Positions 1 through 9,971 of a DNA stretch of 64,000 nucleotides are shown here, piece after piece. The position numbers were made by a program, and so were the translations under genes. The stretch is from Candidatus Omnitrophota bacterium (GTDB taxonomy: Bacteria; Omnitrophota; Gorgyraeia; B26-G9). The notes beneath the pieces are model-generated. The model did not search any database. It was not told where the DNA came from and saw only the letters and a program-made list of their open reading frames with translations. The stretch is taken from the NCBI GenBank assembly GCA_043814605.1, contig JBDRJV010000028.1, positions 7,790 to 71,789 of the forward strand. The letters are read 5' to 3'. Each line of letters begins with the position of its first letter. Position 1 is the stretch's first letter.

Positions 1-681
1 TACTATTTCCGCCAAACGTTTTTGTACTTCTTTCGGATCAGCATAATTTAAATCAAACGCTACTGTTTCTAGCGGCGCATCTAATTGTTTTATCGCCTGT
101 TCCATTATTTTTAATTTTTCCGGAACATCAATTAAAATTATTGTGCCCGAGGCCTCATCCACAATAACATTACCGATTTCTGATTTAAGCTGGGAAATTG
201 TATTAAACACATTTGCCGGCGCAGCATAAGTCAATTTAATGCTTTTATGCTCTCTTTTTTCTACATAATTGCGCCCGTATAAAGCTTTATACTCCCCGGC
301 AGTCATAATATAAATAATATCGCCGCGATTTTCACGGGCCAAATTTTGACTGCTTAAAATAATATCTAACGCATCATTAATATGCACATCGGTTAAAAAA
401 ATACTGACGCGCCCGGTAACTCCCTGGCTGGGAACAATATTTTTCCCGGTTTTTATGGAAAGAATCCGCAATAGTTCAACTACATTAACCCCTTTTAAAT
501 CTAAAGAAATCATTTCTTTACTACTGGGTTTTGTGATTACTGAGGATACATCCGAACTATTTAAATTTTCTTCCGGCAGCTGTATATTTTGATCTTGGGC
601 AAAGATTACACCAGAATAGTAAAACATAAATAGTGCTATTCCTACTAATAACAATTTTAATCCTTTGTTTTTCTTTTTCAT
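1..681 (-). CDS. Secretin (PilQ/GspD family), N-terminal part. The C-terminus lies beyond the window start.
   Basis: Minus-strand translation from the ATG at 679-681 reads MKKKNKGLKLLLVGIALF... followed by a secretin N-domain-like block (VSIFLTDVHINDALDIILSSQNL...IIYIM). The start overlaps the upstream gene's stop by 4 nt (ATGA). Confidence 0.7.
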   Translation of the reverse strand, partial: MKKKNKGLKLLLVGIALFMFYYSGVIFAQDQNIQLPEENLNSSDVSSVITKPSSKEMISLDLKGVNVVELLRILSIKTGKNIVPSQGVTGRVSIFLTDVHINDALDIILSSQNLARENRGDIIYIMTAGEYKALYGRNYVEKREHKSIKLTYAAPANVFNTISQLKSEIGNVIVDEASGTIILIDVPEKLKIMEQAIKQLDAPLETVAFDLNYADPKEVQKRLAEIV

Positions 682-1328
682 TTTATTGTCCATTCATTTT
701 CTCCGACTGATACAACAACACTATCGGAAAATACTTTTTGCACATCAAACTCTTCTAATTTACTTCCGGCTTCGATAAGATATGTTCTCTCTGTTTTTTT
801 ATCTTCAATAATTGCCTGCGGGTTTTCCTCTGACCAAATAATCCCGACAAGCACAAAATTAGCGATAAGTTTTGATAGTTCTTGATACTCCTGAGAAACA
901 TCTTCCCCTGTTTCTACATGCTTTACGGGCAATAAAAAAGTAAAAATATTACGCATGTTTGCATATTCAATCATTTTATTGAAATCAACCGGTAAAATAT
1001 TGTCCTGGGCTTGCTGGATATATAAACTTTGTGCATTTATATCCTGGTTCTTTAAATTTTTTTCTAAGTTTATTTTTGTCCTTTGAAAATCAACCACAAA
1101 AAAAATTGTTAAGCTCACACAAATAAAAATCAAAATTTTATTTAATACTTGAAAATTTAATAATTTTAATAACGTTTCTTTTTTTAACGGGATGCGTTTT
1201 AGCAGTAAATTAATCTGCTGCTTTATCCCTGATTTGCTATAACTACGCGGTACTTTTTTTAAAGGCGTTGCCGGATTTTCAATTATCTCTAACAACCTGT
1301 CTTCTGAAGTCCGTTTCGGTTGCGCCAT
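678..1328 (-). CDS. Small single-TM protein, possibly a GspB/ExeB-like partner of the ExeA-like ATPase
   Basis: 216 aa with one hydrophobic helix (ILIFICVSLTIFFVV). It sits between the ExeA-like ATPase and the secretin, and its stop overlaps the secretin start. Confidence 0.4.
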   Translation of the reverse strand: MAQPKRTSEDRLLEIIENPATPLKKVPRSYSKSGIKQQINLLLKRIPLKKETLLKLLNFQVLNKILIFICVSLTIFFVVDFQRTKINLEKNLKNQDINAQSLYIQQAQDNILPVDFNKMIEYANMRNIFTFLLPVKHVETGEDVSQEYQELSKLIANFVLVGIIWSEENPQAIIEDKKTERTYLIEAGSKLEEFDVQKVFSDSVVVSVGENEWTIK

Positions 1329-1384
1329 TTTTTTGACCTATTCTTATTTTATAGTAAGTTACTTTTTTTAAACCTCTTTAATTA

Positions 1385-2206
1385 CTACGCTACTTCGCGG
1401 GAAATTAATTCTCGAATCATTTGTTCATCAACAGAAGCGCGGTGTTCCAGTACCAGCATTTTCAAAGCATTATGACAAAGCATGGAAATGCGCCGGGGAT
1501 AGCCTTGTGTTTGACGGTATATCGCTTTAATTGCCCCTTCCGTGAAAAAATCCGGCCCGGCACTATAACCAGCTGTTTTAAGCCTGAAATCAATCATCTG
1601 TTTTGTTTCTGTTTCATCTAAAGGGTTTAAAACATATTTTAAACTGATTCGGTCCCAAAGATTTTTCATTTCACGAATCCGCGGCAAGAGCTCTAATTGC
1701 CCCATCAGCAATACTTGCAGTAATTTATACTCATTGGTTTCATAATTTAAAAGCACACGTAACATTTCTAATGACAAAGTATTAAGCTTTTGAGATTCAT
1801 CGATTAAAAGCACAACTGTCTTTTTTTGCTCAACCCCCATTTTAAATAAATATTCTTTGATCGCCTCTTTAAAATCCAATAAACTCGGATTAGGACCTTT
1901 GATATCTAGTTTTAATGTCCGGATCAGGGAATCGAGAAACATTTCTTCTGTTTCATCTGTCGGATCTAAAATCATGTGGAATATAATATCATCGCGGGCA
2001 TTAAGCATTTGGAAAAGCTTGCGGGAAAGAGTGGTTTTTCCTGTACCGACATCGCCTAAAATTACACTCATGCCGCGTTTTAAGCGTATTTCAATCATCA
2101 ATCGGATTAAAGCTGCATGGTGTTCCTGAGACTCATAAAAAAATCCTGGGTCAGGACTTGATGAAAAAGGTTCTTTTTCTAATCCTAAAACTGAAAAATA
2201 ACTCAT
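1385..2206 (-). CDS. ExeA/GspA-like AAA ATPase, short form without a peptidoglycan-binding domain
   Basis: The N-terminus (FGL...PF...PDP.FFY....H..AL) is typical of ExeA. Walker A is GDVGTGKTT and Walker B is VLLIDESQ. Confidence 0.75.
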   Translation of the reverse strand: MSYFSVLGLEKEPFSSSPDPGFFYESQEHHAALIRLMIEIRLKRGMSVILGDVGTGKTTLSRKLFQMLNARDDIIFHMILDPTDETEEMFLDSLIRTLKLDIKGPNPSLLDFKEAIKEYLFKMGVEQKKTVVLLIDESQKLNTLSLEMLRVLLNYETNEYKLLQVLLMGQLELLPRIREMKNLWDRISLKYVLNPLDETETKQMIDFRLKTAGYSAGPDFFTEGAIKAIYRQTQGYPRRISMLCHNALKMLVLEHRASVDEQMIRELISREVA

Positions 2207-2379
2207 GTTTTATGTCTTGCCATCCTTGTAAAATTTTCCCTAACTATAGGTATGGGCACAAGATATTGTAAACAAACCCTATTTTTTAGAGACAATTATC
2301 CTTATCATAACTCTAGCAGATTTGCCCTTTTTAGTCAATATTAAATAATATTATGATTAGATAAGCTGGAAGTAAATTT

Positions 2380-3198
2380 TTACTCAACCGACGGTTCTTT
2401 TTTTATCAGATTAGTCTTGATATGCGCTGTGCCTAAATCCGCTTCTAATCCCTCATATTGCAGCAACACATGCGGCGGCGCTTTTGTAAACCAAACAAAA
2501 GTTGGCGGGACTAAATATTCCGCTGCGTCTTGTAACATACCTAAATCCGGGATTAAACGCATTTTAATTGTTTCCATCTTCCCTACAGGCAAGGTTACCT
2601 CTTCGCCGAGCTTTGGCTGAATCGTTGTTTTGTAAAGGTTGGCTTTATCCGAAAGTAAATAAAATTGTTTATGTGTTCTTTTATCAATATTTTCTGCATA
2701 GGCTCTTAAAACATAGGCTAATAAATCTCCGTCTGTAGTGTGGCCGCGTAATGTATATTTTTTCTTTTTCGCGATTCCTCCTTTTTCGTTAGTAATAATA
2801 ATATTTAAGGTGTTAGCAGCGTAGTCAAACTGTTTATCATGAGCTTCCAGTATTTTCCCATCTGAGGATTTAATGATTTTTTTACTAAATAACGGGTATA
2901 AAAATCCATCCCTTTCTTCCATTTCAGCTGTAACATCCCAGCTAACATTTTTATATTTACAGTAATCCCCGCTTGTATGTGAATTATACTTATAAATCAC
3001 TTTATCTTTTCTTAACTCTTTAGTAACTTTAAACTCACAGCGTGCACGTTCTCCGCCTTTTTCCTTATCATAATACACCGCTTCCCCGTTTTCCTGTTCA
3101 TACATTAAAGCCGGGGAAATGTCCGAACAAAAACCAGACACAACATTTGCAGATAATATAGCCATCGTTGAGAATAAAATAAATAATGTTTTCATCTT
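2380..3198 (-). CDS. Secreted hypothetical protein
   Basis: Internal Met start MKTLFILFSTMAILSANVVSGF reads as a signal peptide, and GGAGGG lies upstream of this ATG. I recognise no catalytic motif. Confidence 0.55.
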   Translation of the reverse strand, partial: KMKTLFILFSTMAILSANVVSGFCSDISPALMYEQENGEAVYYDKEKGGERARCEFKVTKELRKDKVIYKYNSHTSGDYCKYKNVSWDVTAEMEERDGFLYPLFSKKIIKSSDGKILEAHDKQFDYAANTLNIIITNEKGGIAKKKKYTLRGHTTDGDLLAYVLRAYAENIDKRTHKQFYLLSDKANLYKTTIQPKLGEEVTLPVGKMETIKMRLIPDLGMLQDAAEYLVPPTFVWFTKAPPHVLLQYEGLEADLGTAHIKTNLIKKEPSVE

Positions 3199-3345
3199 TT
3201 CCCTCCTTAACCAAACGCATAATTTACAATTACAAAGCAACCGTAATTTATTGGCGCAGGGTTGGTTTAGTTTTACCAAATGATCATTACAGTATTTTTA
3301 TTCTATCATAATATCTGGGGTAAAGACAGCAAAAGATTGCCTAAG

Positions 3346-3582
3346 TTATTGTTTGGGCAAGGTAATAATTAACGTGTTGTCCTGGGTTTGGGTTTTAATG
3401 TTATTAATATCTACGCGTCCCGGCAGAGTAATCACGCGGGAAAAAGAATCAAAGCTTTTAAACTGGGAAGATGTGTTAACGGTTGCTTGTTCTTTTTGCT
3501 GCTGTTTGTGCCCGGAAACTGTAAGACAGTTATCATTAATTTCAACTTTGATTTTCTGCTCAGCTAAATCATCAATACGCAT
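3346..3582 (-). CDS. Small heat-shock protein (Hsp20, alpha-crystallin domain only). An N-terminal extension up to ~3660 is possible.
   Basis: The C-terminal part, ...IKVEINDNCLTVSG...FSRVITLPGRVDINNIKTQTQDNTLIITLPK, is characteristic of an alpha-crystallin domain. The frame stays open upstream (NIRTFNNQIFFNSDFDTQENAKEYIIT) with no ATG, GTG or TTG. Confidence 0.55.
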   Translation of the reverse strand: MRIDDLAEQKIKVEINDNCLTVSGHKQQQKEQATVNTSSQFKSFDSFSRVITLPGRVDINNIKTQTQDNTLIITLPKQ

Positions 3583-3668
3583 TGTGATGATATATTCTTT
3601 AGCGTTTTCCTGAGTATCAAAATCGGAATTGAAAAATATCTGGTTATTAAAGGTTCTAATATTTTATT

Positions 3669-4439
3669 TTAAATTTTTTCAATTGCCGTTGATTCTATCC
3701 AGCCGCTGGTTTTTTTATTCAACCGTATCTGTGTCCATCCGTTCTCAACATGTAAAATCTGCGCCTTCATTCCCTCAGTAAGTTCAAAGGCAACGGCTCC
3801 GGAATACGAAGGGCTGTACCTTACTTCAATCTGAGGCAAAATAACTATCCCTTGGGTAATGTTTTTTTGCATCTGATAATTTTTAGAAAAGAAAAAATTA
3901 CAAATAAAACAAACCGCAATCATCAACATCGCCGCTGTTTTTACATTTCTGCGCCGGGGCAGGCGGAAAATCAAACAAATCATAAAAATACATGCTCCCA
4001 GAAAAAAAACAATCCCCATAAAAAACCAAGCCTGGGCATTAAAACTGTCCCGGAGAGAAAAATAAAATTTTTCGTACCAGGCATAAATTTCTTCCGGCTG
4101 TTTTAACTCCAGCAAAGATTCAATAAATTTAATATTTGCAAAAAGATCTTCATCCTGAGGCATTAATTTTAAAGCTCTGTAATAATTTACTAATGCTTTG
4201 CCTTTTTGCCCTAGTTTAAAATACGCATTCCCTAAATTATAATAAATATTTCCGCTTCCTGATCCTCTTTGCAGAATATCTTCATAAAGCTTTATTGCGT
4301 TTTCATACTTTGCGTCAGCGTATGACTTATTCGCCTGGAAAAATACCTGATCCAGCGACAAGGCAAAACTTTGCGCTGTCAGATTAAAAATAAGGTTTAA
4401 AAAAAATAACCATATTAACACTCTTTTTAACCAACGCAT
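3669..4439 (-). CDS. batE: BatE-like TPR + SH3 membrane protein
   Basis: Signal/TM, TPR-like repeats (YYNLGNAYFKLGQKGKAL), two TM helices and a C-terminal SH3-like tail. It occupies the last position of the Bat operon. Confidence 0.6.
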   Translation of the reverse strand: MRWLKRVLIWLFFLNLIFNLTAQSFALSLDQVFFQANKSYADAKYENAIKLYEDILQRGSGSGNIYYNLGNAYFKLGQKGKALVNYYRALKLMPQDEDLFANIKFIESLLELKQPEEIYAWYEKFYFSLRDSFNAQAWFFMGIVFFLGACIFMICLIFRLPRRRNVKTAAMLMIAVCFICNFFFSKNYQMQKNITQGIVILPQIEVRYSPSYSGAVAFELTEGMKAQILHVENGWTQIRLNKKTSGWIESTAIEKI

Positions 4440-6343
4440 TAAAGTATCCTTTCTAAGTTATCAATAAGTTCTGCTAATATTTGTAGATCTGCTTTTAATT
4501 TTTGCTCCGGAAACTGCACAGAAGAGAATAACGCCATTTCAAAAGTTTGATATAACGCGTTTAATCCGGCTGTTTGCGGCGAGCTTAATCCTTTTTGTTC
4601 TAACTCTGCTATTGTTTCTACCCCGATACTTGCGGTTGTTTTATTAAGTTTATCCGCTAAATAGGTATTTAAGGTTTTAGACATAAAATCATAAAATTTT
4701 AATTTATCCTGTGCCTGTAATATTTTTTGCATTGTTTGCAGATTTTTTCGCGCTATTTTATAAGCGCGGCGATAACGGGCAAATCCAGTATCTGTTTTTA
4801 ATTTTTGCCGTTGTGTTTGCCAGAGTTTGAGCCCGAGCATTAAAACCAGCGGGAATAAATAGCCGATTACCCAGGCCGCGGGGTTTTCATAAAATTGTTT
4901 TTTCCTCTGATCAATTGTGCCAGGATTGGTTTTAATATATCGGATGTCGCGTTCGAGTATTTTTAAGTCCTTTTTTCTGGAATCCGATGAATTTTCCGGA
5001 GCTAACGCAATAACTTGGACTTCTGGCGCCTGATCCGAAGCTTCCACATGGATTGTAAACGGGCCGCGGTTAATTGTTTGATATTGTTTAAGTTTCGGGT
5101 TAAAAAATGTAAACCCGATTTTATCAATCGTATAATCCCCTTTAATTTTAGGGATCAGCACTTTTTCAAAAACCTTATCCCCCACCAGGGTGTTGGATTC
5201 CTGGACAATGTTTGTTTTACTCTCCGGCTCATAACTTTTAAAAGCAGAGAGTCCCGTTATTTCCGGTAAAATAACCTGGTCAAAATTGCCCGCACCGGTT
5301 ACTTTCATAGTCAGGGTAATTGGTTCGCCTGCTTTTAAATTTAACGGGCTTATGCTGACATCAAAATCAAACTCTCCTACTGCGCCTTGATAGTTGGGCG
5401 GTTGATTTTCCTGCGGCACTTCATTGACAAATAGTTTTAGATCACGTGAACGCGTAGAAAAAGATTCAACGACAGAATCGCGGCCCAGATTAAAAAAATC
5501 GTCTATGCCCGAATCAAAAAAATTATCCAGTAAGTTCTGCTGACGGCGGCTGCGCTTATATCCGGTAATTATATTGCATTTGACAAACACTGGTTCTAAG
5601 GTGTACTCTCCGGTTGAAATCGGGGTTAGAATTTTCTGAAAACTAACTACTGTATAATCCTGCCCTTTATAAAATTCACGTGTTTTCACGGCTAAAACCG
5701 GCTGGCTATTATTCACAAGAAGCCGTTCATATCTTATGTTTTCATCTGGGAGGGGGTCGGTAATTAAAAAATTTTTTAACCCTTCCAGCCAAGGAATTTG
5801 CAGTACATAACTCTGTATATCTTGTTTGATGTACCATTTAAAAGTAAGGAGAATTTTTTCTCCTAAATAAACATTGTTTTTATCAGCATCTATATTAACA
5901 AAAATTTCTTCGCTTTGCTGCGACTCTTCTGTAACCCTGATTTGCAGGGCAGTAGTGCGGAACGATTTGCCTCCGGCAACAATCTCAAAAGACGGGATCA
6001 GAAAAACTCCAGACTTTTTAGGAATTAATTCGTAGTCAAAATTGTACCCGCCGCCGGCATTTTGCTGCTGAACAGTTTTCCCCTGGATAATCACCGTATA
6101 GCTGGAAAAAGAGCGGCGGCTAACGCCTCTAAACTTGACGATAAAATCATTCATTGCCGGAAGCTCTGGCGCTTGCGGGTTATCTACCCCCTGCACATTA
6201 ATTGTTAAAATCACACTATCCCCCAGCAACACTTCCTGTTGATCAACAGAAACCTTCACTTCCGGCGCGGCAAAACAATTTGTCGTGCTGAAAATAATTA
6301 TGCTGATTATTATAAAAAATATTTTACCAATCCTTTTCCACAT
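4439..6343 (-). CDS. batD: BatD-like oxygen tolerance protein. The start could alternatively be 6406.
   Basis: 655-aa reading frame with a signal peptide (MWKRIGKIFFIIISIIIF), a large extracytoplasmic region, one TM near the C-terminus (WVIGYLFPLVLMLGL) and a helical cytoplasmic tail. Its position after BatC fits the operon. Confidence 0.6.
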   Translation of the reverse strand: MWKRIGKIFFIIISIIIFSTTNCFAAPEVKVSVDQQEVLLGDSVILTINVQGVDNPQAPELPAMNDFIVKFRGVSRRSFSSYTVIIQGKTVQQQNAGGGYNFDYELIPKKSGVFLIPSFEIVAGGKSFRTTALQIRVTEESQQSEEIFVNIDADKNNVYLGEKILLTFKWYIKQDIQSYVLQIPWLEGLKNFLITDPLPDENIRYERLLVNNSQPVLAVKTREFYKGQDYTVVSFQKILTPISTGEYTLEPVFVKCNIITGYKRSRRQQNLLDNFFDSGIDDFFNLGRDSVVESFSTRSRDLKLFVNEVPQENQPPNYQGAVGEFDFDVSISPLNLKAGEPITLTMKVTGAGNFDQVILPEITGLSAFKSYEPESKTNIVQESNTLVGDKVFEKVLIPKIKGDYTIDKIGFTFFNPKLKQYQTINRGPFTIHVEASDQAPEVQVIALAPENSSDSRKKDLKILERDIRYIKTNPGTIDQRKKQFYENPAAWVIGYLFPLVLMLGLKLWQTQRQKLKTDTGFARYRRAYKIARKNLQTMQKILQAQDKLKFYDFMSKTLNTYLADKLNKTTASIGVETIAELEQKGLSSPQTAGLNALYQTFEMALFSSVQFPEQKLKADLQILAELIDNLERIL

Positions 6344-7160
6344 TACCGGGCCATCCTTTTTGTCTGTCTTTTTGATTGGAAAGCATATCTTTTTGATCCT
6401 GTTCAAACGCAGATAAAAACCTTTCTGCTTCCTCCTTTGTCAGCTTTTCCTGATTTTGTGTCTCTTGCTTTTGCGCAGCAGCTTGTGCGCGGGAAACATC
6501 CTGGGTGTCTTCCCCTTCTGGTTCCCCCAGCTGTTCTTTTTGTGCTTGATCCTGTGCAGCAGTTTGTGTATCTTTTTCTTGTGCTGATTGATTATTCTGT
6601 TCTGCCGGCTGAGCCGGAGATTCTGACTCTTGCGGCGCTGCTTGTTCTGACTCTTGCGGCGGCTGTTCTTTTTGCGCTTGATCCTGCTTGGCTTGTTGCT
6701 GTGTTTCCTGAGCACGGGAAAGCATTTCTTTTATTTTGTTTTCTGTATATTCAATATTATATTTAGTATCTAAATCATCCGGATTGATTTCTAAAGACTG
6801 CTTATATGCTTGCAGCGCTTCGGGCAGCCGGCCCTGGGCAAATAAGGCATTACCGATATTATATAATGCTTTCGCTTCGATTTGTATCTCTGCGTTTTGA
6901 CGCGATTTTTCAAAAGCATCCTGTGCTTCTTTATATTTTTTCTGCCGGTAAAAAACATTGCCCATATTAAAAAATATTTCCGGGCTTAACGGCGACTCTG
7001 TCTGCGCATCATTAAAATCAATCAACGCTTGGTCGTAATTCTGCGCCTCGTAAGCTTTAATCCCTTTGCGTACTTTACTGGCTGCGTCCGCAAAAGCAGA
7101 ACTCGCATTACTCAAAATACAACTTATACTTATAATGGTAATAATCACAGGCCGTTTCAT
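6324..7160 (-). CDS. batC: BatC-like TPR protein with a Q/E/A-rich low-complexity C-terminus
   Basis: Signal peptide MKRPVIITIISISCILSNASSAFA, TPR repeats (YDQALIDFNDA..., FFNMGNVFYRQKKYKEAQDAF, LYNIGNALFAQGRLPEAL), then an acidic/Q-rich tail. Confidence 0.65.
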   Translation of the reverse strand: MKRPVIITIISISCILSNASSAFADAASKVRKGIKAYEAQNYDQALIDFNDAQTESPLSPEIFFNMGNVFYRQKKYKEAQDAFEKSRQNAEIQIEAKALYNIGNALFAQGRLPEALQAYKQSLEINPDDLDTKYNIEYTENKIKEMLSRAQETQQQAKQDQAQKEQPPQESEQAAPQESESPAQPAEQNNQSAQEKDTQTAAQDQAQKEQLGEPEGEDTQDVSRAQAAAQKQETQNQEKLTKEEAERFLSAFEQDQKDMLSNQKDRQKGWPGNVEKDW

Positions 7161-7280
7161 TATTATATCTCCAAATAATGGTTCAGGCATGCCTGAACCC
7201 TACAGGTAAATTTGACACATAAAATTTTATCAATCTATTCCTTGTCATTCGGCTTTTTCCAGTATCCAGGATCAGAGAAA

Positions 7281-8285
7281 CTAGAATCTATCTTTTCTTT
7301 CCGACATTACCGCTTCCAGGGAAAATAAAATCAAGGCAATAAATAACGGTATTTGGAACCGGTTTTCATAGCGTTTTTGCCGGGAAGAAGCCAGTTCTTT
7401 TTTCTCCATCCGGGAAACTTCTTCCTGGTATATTTCTTCTAAAGGAAAGTTTCCCCGGCCAATGCTGCCTTTTTTCCCGCCGGTCATTAACGCAATTTTT
7501 TGTAAAAGCACTGAATCAAGTTTCGAAAGAATAATCTTTCCCTGTTTATCTTTGACAAATCCCTGCCTGCCTTTCTCATCTAAAACCGGAATTGGTGCGC
7601 CTTCTGCCTTCCCGATAGCAATGGGAAAAATTACTACACCTTGTTTTTTAGCTAATTCCACAGCTTCCATGACCTTAGCTTCATGGTCCTCTCCGTCAGT
7701 AATTAAAATTAAAACCCGGTGTTTTTTCGTATGCCCTTCAAAGGCAGCAACGGCTTTTTCTATCGCCAGGCCGATATTCGTTCCCCCGGCAGCAACCGCA
7801 GTTGTATCCAAATAATTTAAAAAAATCTTTGCTGTGCCATAATCTAAAGTCAGCGGACAATGCAAAAAAGCATCCCCGGAAAAAGCAACAATCCCGATTC
7901 TATCTCCTTTTAAAATATTTATTAAACTTTTAATTTCTCTTTTTGCCGCCTCTAACCGGTTCGGTTTAATATCTTCTGCCAACATGCTTTTGGAGACATC
8001 TAAGACAACCACAATATCTAACCCCCGGCGTTTTACTTCTTCCCACTGGTATCCCCATTTTGGCTCAACTAACGCAAAAATCAGAAACAAAATTCCAACT
8101 ACAAACAAAAACGCTTTAATTTTTTGCTTTTTAAAGCTAACTGATTGTGACAAACTTTTTAACAAGGCGATCTCAACGAATTTTTCTAAAGCCTTTTGTT
8201 TAGCCTTAAATGCCCAAGCATAAAACACCCAAAGCACAGGGATCAATATTAACAACCATAAAAAATTTAAATTCCCGAAACGCAT
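7281..8285 (-). CDS. batB: BatB-like von Willebrand factor A protein
   Basis: N-terminal TM helices plus a vWA fold with MIDAS-like DxSxS (VVLDVSKSM), and a C-terminal TM. Confidence 0.7.
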   Translation of the reverse strand: MRFGNLNFLWLLILIPVLWVFYAWAFKAKQKALEKFVEIALLKSLSQSVSFKKQKIKAFLFVVGILFLIFALVEPKWGYQWEEVKRRGLDIVVVLDVSKSMLAEDIKPNRLEAAKREIKSLINILKGDRIGIVAFSGDAFLHCPLTLDYGTAKIFLNYLDTTAVAAGGTNIGLAIEKAVAAFEGHTKKHRVLILITDGEDHEAKVMEAVELAKKQGVVIFPIAIGKAEGAPIPVLDEKGRQGFVKDKQGKIILSKLDSVLLQKIALMTGGKKGSIGRGNFPLEEIYQEEVSRMEKKELASSRQKRYENRFQIPLFIALILFSLEAVMSERKDRF

Positions 8286-8381
8286 TATTCTATCTTTCTT
8301 ATAAAAAAGTTATGGGTTATGAATTACAAATTACAAGTGAAAAACGAATACACATGCTAAATTGCAATTACTAATTAAAAA

Positions 8382-8756
8382 TTAACAACCAGAATCATTG
8401 TTTATATTATTTTTTGATGTTTTTACAATAGCAGTTAATATATTTACTAGTGAATCACATTCTTCCAATAAACTTTCTATCTGCAGAACATTCAATATTC
8501 TTGAATCCTTTATCAATCTAAGCCAATATCTTGTTTCTCTCGCTTCTTTTTTGGATATGGCCATTTTATTAGCAAAATCCTTCTCGCTCACAGCTCCTTG
8601 AGCTTCTTCCACATTGGCTCCTATAGATGTTCCTGCTTTCATTATCTGATTACCAATTACAACTCCACTAGTATTTTTTGGTAACAAGTTTACTAATTTT
8701 ATAATTTCTACAGCAAACTTATAACTTCTATCAATAATATTAACATTGTTTTCCAT
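8382..8756 (-). CDS. Four-helix-bundle protein (23S rRNA intervening-sequence protein family)
   Basis: 124 aa, YKFAVEIIKLV...GNQIMKAGTSIGANVEEAQGA.S.KDFANKM.ISKKEARETRYWLRL, matches the conserved pattern of TIGR02436-type four-helix-bundle proteins. Confidence 0.65.
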   Translation of the reverse strand: MENNVNIIDRSYKFAVEIIKLVNLLPKNTSGVVIGNQIMKAGTSIGANVEEAQGAVSEKDFANKMAISKKEARETRYWLRLIKDSRILNVLQIESLLEECDSLVNILTAIVKTSKNNINNDSGC

Positions 8757-8961
8757 TTTAATATTCTCCTTAAATTAGCACTTAATAATTTGAGTCCAAA
8801 ATTTTTTTGTTCTTTGTTTATTGTTGTTTATTTTTTCAATTACTATTTTTTACCATTTATCATTTATCATTTATCACTTATCCGCTATAATCTATACCTG
8901 TTTTTAGCTTTCACTTTATACTTCATAACTTGTAACTCGTCACTGATCACTTGTAACTTAA

Positions 8962-9960
8962 TCACGGTAACGTCCTAAACCTCGTATTGCTTAAAACCGC
9001 TTCGATTAAAAGCAATCCCAGGGCAATCAAAACAAACGGCTTAAACAGCTCATGGTATTCAGAGTAGGATTTAACTTCCGCTTTTGTTTTTTCTAATTTA
9101 TCAATTTCTTCATAAATTTTTTTCAAAGCCTCTACATCCTGCGCTCTGAAATACCGGCCTTGTGTTTGTTCTGCAATAGATTTTAAAGATTCTTCGTCTA
9201 AATCAATAACCGCCCATTGATAAGCCTTATTCCCAAACAAATCGCGTGCGGGAAAAGGCACTTTACCTTTGGAGCCAGCGCCGATTGTATATATTTTAAC
9301 TTTTAACGCCTGGGCTAATTGCGCCGCATTCTCCGGGTCAACTTTCCCCGCATTATTCACCCCGTCGGTTAATAAAATTATAATTTTACTTTTGCTTTCA
9401 ATATCTTTTAGCCGGCTTAGAGCACAGGATATCCCATCACCCACAGCTGTGCCGTCCGGAATTATGCCCAGCTCGATTTTATCTAAAAATTCTAACAAAA
9501 CACCGTAATCTAAAGTCAGCGGACATTGCATATAAGCAGTTTGAGCAAATACAACTAACCCGATTCGATCATTCGTTCTTTTCTTAATAAAATCGCGCAC
9601 AACATCTTTAACCACTTCCAGGCGATTTTTTCTCTGCCCCTGAACGACAAAATCTTCTGCCATCATGCTTCCGGAAACATCAATCGCTAAAATAATATCC
9701 ACGCCTTCGGTTTCTATTTTGGTTTCTTCGATGCCTTGCTGCGGACGCATCAGGCCGACAATTAACAGAAAAATCGCCAGCAGCCTTAAAATTATTAAGA
9801 CCTGTTTAAATTTTAATGACCGAGAAGGTTTTAAGCGTTTAAGGTTCTTTAAGGATGAAAAAATAATTCTTCCCTGCCGCTCGCCTTTTAGATAAATAAT
9901 TATCACTGGCGGAATAATCATTAATAATAATAGCCCGTTCCATAAATCATGGAAAATCAT
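8962..9960 (-). CDS. batA: BatA-like von Willebrand factor A protein
   Basis: Two N-terminal TMs, vWA with DVSGSM MIDAS, a C-terminal TM and a coiled-coil tail. Confidence 0.7.
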   Translation of the reverse strand: MIFHDLWNGLLLLMIIPPVIIIYLKGERQGRIIFSSLKNLKRLKPSRSLKFKQVLIILRLLAIFLLIVGLMRPQQGIEETKIETEGVDIILAIDVSGSMMAEDFVVQGQRKNRLEVVKDVVRDFIKKRTNDRIGLVVFAQTAYMQCPLTLDYGVLLEFLDKIELGIIPDGTAVGDGISCALSRLKDIESKSKIIILLTDGVNNAGKVDPENAAQLAQALKVKIYTIGAGSKGKVPFPARDLFGNKAYQWAVIDLDEESLKSIAEQTQGRYFRAQDVEALKKIYEEIDKLEKTKAEVKSYSEYHELFKPFVLIALGLLLIEAVLSNTRFRTLP

Positions 9961-9971
9961 AATAATCTACT

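Noticed and set aside
6440-6715. A 91-aa extremely K/R-rich ORF
   Set aside because: It is an out-of-frame reading of the Q/E/A-rich low-complexity tail of BatC on the same strand. It has no independent start signals.
6239-6766. A 175-aa plus-strand ORF spanning the batD-batC junction
   Set aside because: It is antisense to two well-supported minus-strand genes.
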